A program made the translations under genes and the position numbers. From Hypanus sabinus (taxonomy: Eukaryota), in NCBI RefSeq assembly GCF_030144855.1, contig NC_082722.1, positions 20,956,001 through 21,020,000 of the forward strand: a stretch of DNA of 64,000 nucleotides, given 5' to 3'. Below, one piece after another: positions 62,415 to 64,000 of this stretch. The notes below the pieces were generated by a model. The model had not been told where the DNA came from and did no database searches. It was given only the letters and a program-made list of their open reading frames with translations. Numbering within the stretch: position 1 is the stretch's first letter; each line of letters starts with the position of its first letter.

Positions 62415-62700
62415 AGAATGATTCGGCACAGAACTGAACCTTCCCGTCCAATGAGCAGCCCAAACAGCAACCTACTTACATAAATTCAGTCTAATCACAG
62501 GAGAATTTACAATGACGGATGAGCCTACTAACCGGTTCGATTTCAGACTGTCGGATGAAACCGCAGCACCCGGATGAAGTTCTCTCCGTTCACGGGGAGA
62601 AAGTCCAAATCCCTTAAAAATGGCGCCATAATTGAACTCTAAACTCTGGAACGCCCTGGTGTGACAGTGTGGCGTTAACCGTTATGCTACCGTAGCGACA
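62415..62700 (+). mobile_element. Degenerate SINE-like repeat
   Basis: cctactaacc..gaaaccgcagcacccgg..cacggggagaa pattern of elasmobranch SINE tails. Confidence 0.55.
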
Positions 62701-63548
62701 ATAATTTCGAAATCATACTAATTTATCTGAAAATAAGTCGCCTTTTTTACATAATCTTCTTTCAGCTATATTTGCACATGATATCATACTTACAACATGG
62801 TCGGGGGGGGGGGGTGGGTATTCAATGGATGTTGTCTCTGCTAGAGTTTATGACATTTTAAGAGAATGTTTTACAGGGATTGAACATTAATTTCATGCTG
62901 TCTAAACCAATCTGCCTCTCAAACTGAACTAAACGTTGTTTTATCTTTAGTCAAATTACAAATGGTGTGTGCCATACTGTAGCCTTTAGCTCCAGAAATA
63001 CTATTTATTCTTGGCGACAGTCGTTTAACATTCATTTCGTCGCCCCTTTCAGTGATTATGATGCCTTCCCGAAAATTCTAAATTACCAAAATAGCCTGTT
63101 GCATGGAAGCTCACTGCTGACGCCTTAAAAAAGGTGTTGATCAGTACATATTTTCAACATCGTGACCTATTTTGGTCTTATGGAAGGAATTACGTCCTGG
63201 GCCTGGAGAATGTCCACACGAACATGATTGCAGACATCAAATGATTAACAGGGAGGGTGTTGGATGTCACTGTACCTGTAGTGCAAGGAGTTCAGCAAAT
63301 CATAAACCCATAAGAGATAGGAGCTCAATTCGGTAATTAGTTCTATTGAGCCTGCTCTGCCGTTCAATCAAGGAGCATCCAATTTTCCTCTGAGTTTATA
63401 TCTCCTGCCTTCTCCCCGTATCCTTTCATGACCTGACCAATTAAGAATCTATCCACCTCTACTTCAAATATACCTAAAGTATTTGCCTTCTCAGCTCTCT
63501 GTGGTCAATACTTCCTCAGATTCTGAATTGACTCTCACTCTCCTCAAG

Positions 63549-63804
63549 GTACCCAATATAGCTATAGATATGATACCTACTCATATATGCAGAAATCCCT
63601 TCAGTGATACTCTGCTGGAGGTAGAGCCATGGTACTGAGTCGTATAGTTATCGTCAGAATCGAGTACAGAGCAAAAAGTAAGTAAATAGCTTGAGGTAGA
63701 TTTTGTAACCAGTACTTCTGAAGTAGCTGAAAGCACAATGTAATTCAGACTGGAAAGGTAAACACACTTTGGATGAGAGGGGATTAGCTTCACAAAAGAT
63801 GAAG
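63549..63804 (+). pseudogene. Gene D remnant: TM-like exon 63549-63677 and a possible small exon 63749-63804
   Basis: ctctcctcaag| acceptor, A|gtaagt donor, 129 nt, phase 1-1, GTQYSYRYDTYSYMQKSLQ*YSAGGRAMVLSRIVIVRIEYRAK. Inverted paralog of about 50040-50465. Confidence 0.5.
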
Positions 63805-64000
63805 GTGAGTATAATGCAGAAAACACAATTTTGGAATAACGGGTGCTGCTACACACGTTCAGAAAGTTTCTTCAGGCGATCTTACTTTGGCTAACAAAAT
63901 CGATTTTGCATCATTATAAAATGTTCATCGCAGGCTCATGAATTCATTCCCTCCCCTTCCTTTAAGTGTCAGCATAATTCTTTAATAGGAGTTGAGAATC

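Noticed and set aside
62180-62440. V-like words on plus (DVWITQ, HCF, IRWCKYG, LYLIYLQNDSA)
   Set aside because: Needs frameshifts, has no YxC, and the DSA portion comes from a SINE start.
1-64000. CRISPR arrays, rRNA or tRNA genes, prokaryotic systems
   Set aside because: None seen; the sequence is intron-rich vertebrate DNA.

Overview
Vertebrate genomic DNA, inferred to be a cartilaginous fish (probably a ray or skate) from its CR1, Penelope and Rex1 repeat content. About half of the window is transposon debris, and there is an N-gap at 52891-53058. The ORF track misses the main content, a cluster of Ig-superfamily immune receptor genes that only emerges from manual exon assembly. Gene A (minus strand, about 20669-30207) is intact by sequence. 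It has six phase-compatible GT-AG exons encoding about 325 aa: leader, a single-exon V domain with a germline J-like motif (GRGSGSRLTV), a C1-set domain, a TM segment, and a cytoplasmic tail with TAYASL (ITSM-like) and IIYSPV (ITIM). Gene B (minus) is a pseudogene paralog with a same-length 306-nt V exon carrying 3 stops, a same-length 99-nt TM exon, and two tandemly duplicated phase-1 leader exons. Two further degenerate TM/tail-like remnants sit in inverted orientation (about 49146-50460 minus, 63549-63804 plus). Several short Penelope-terminal repeats retain a minimal hammerhead ribozyme core. Exon coordinates were counted by hand; repeat boundaries are approximate; no database search was run.
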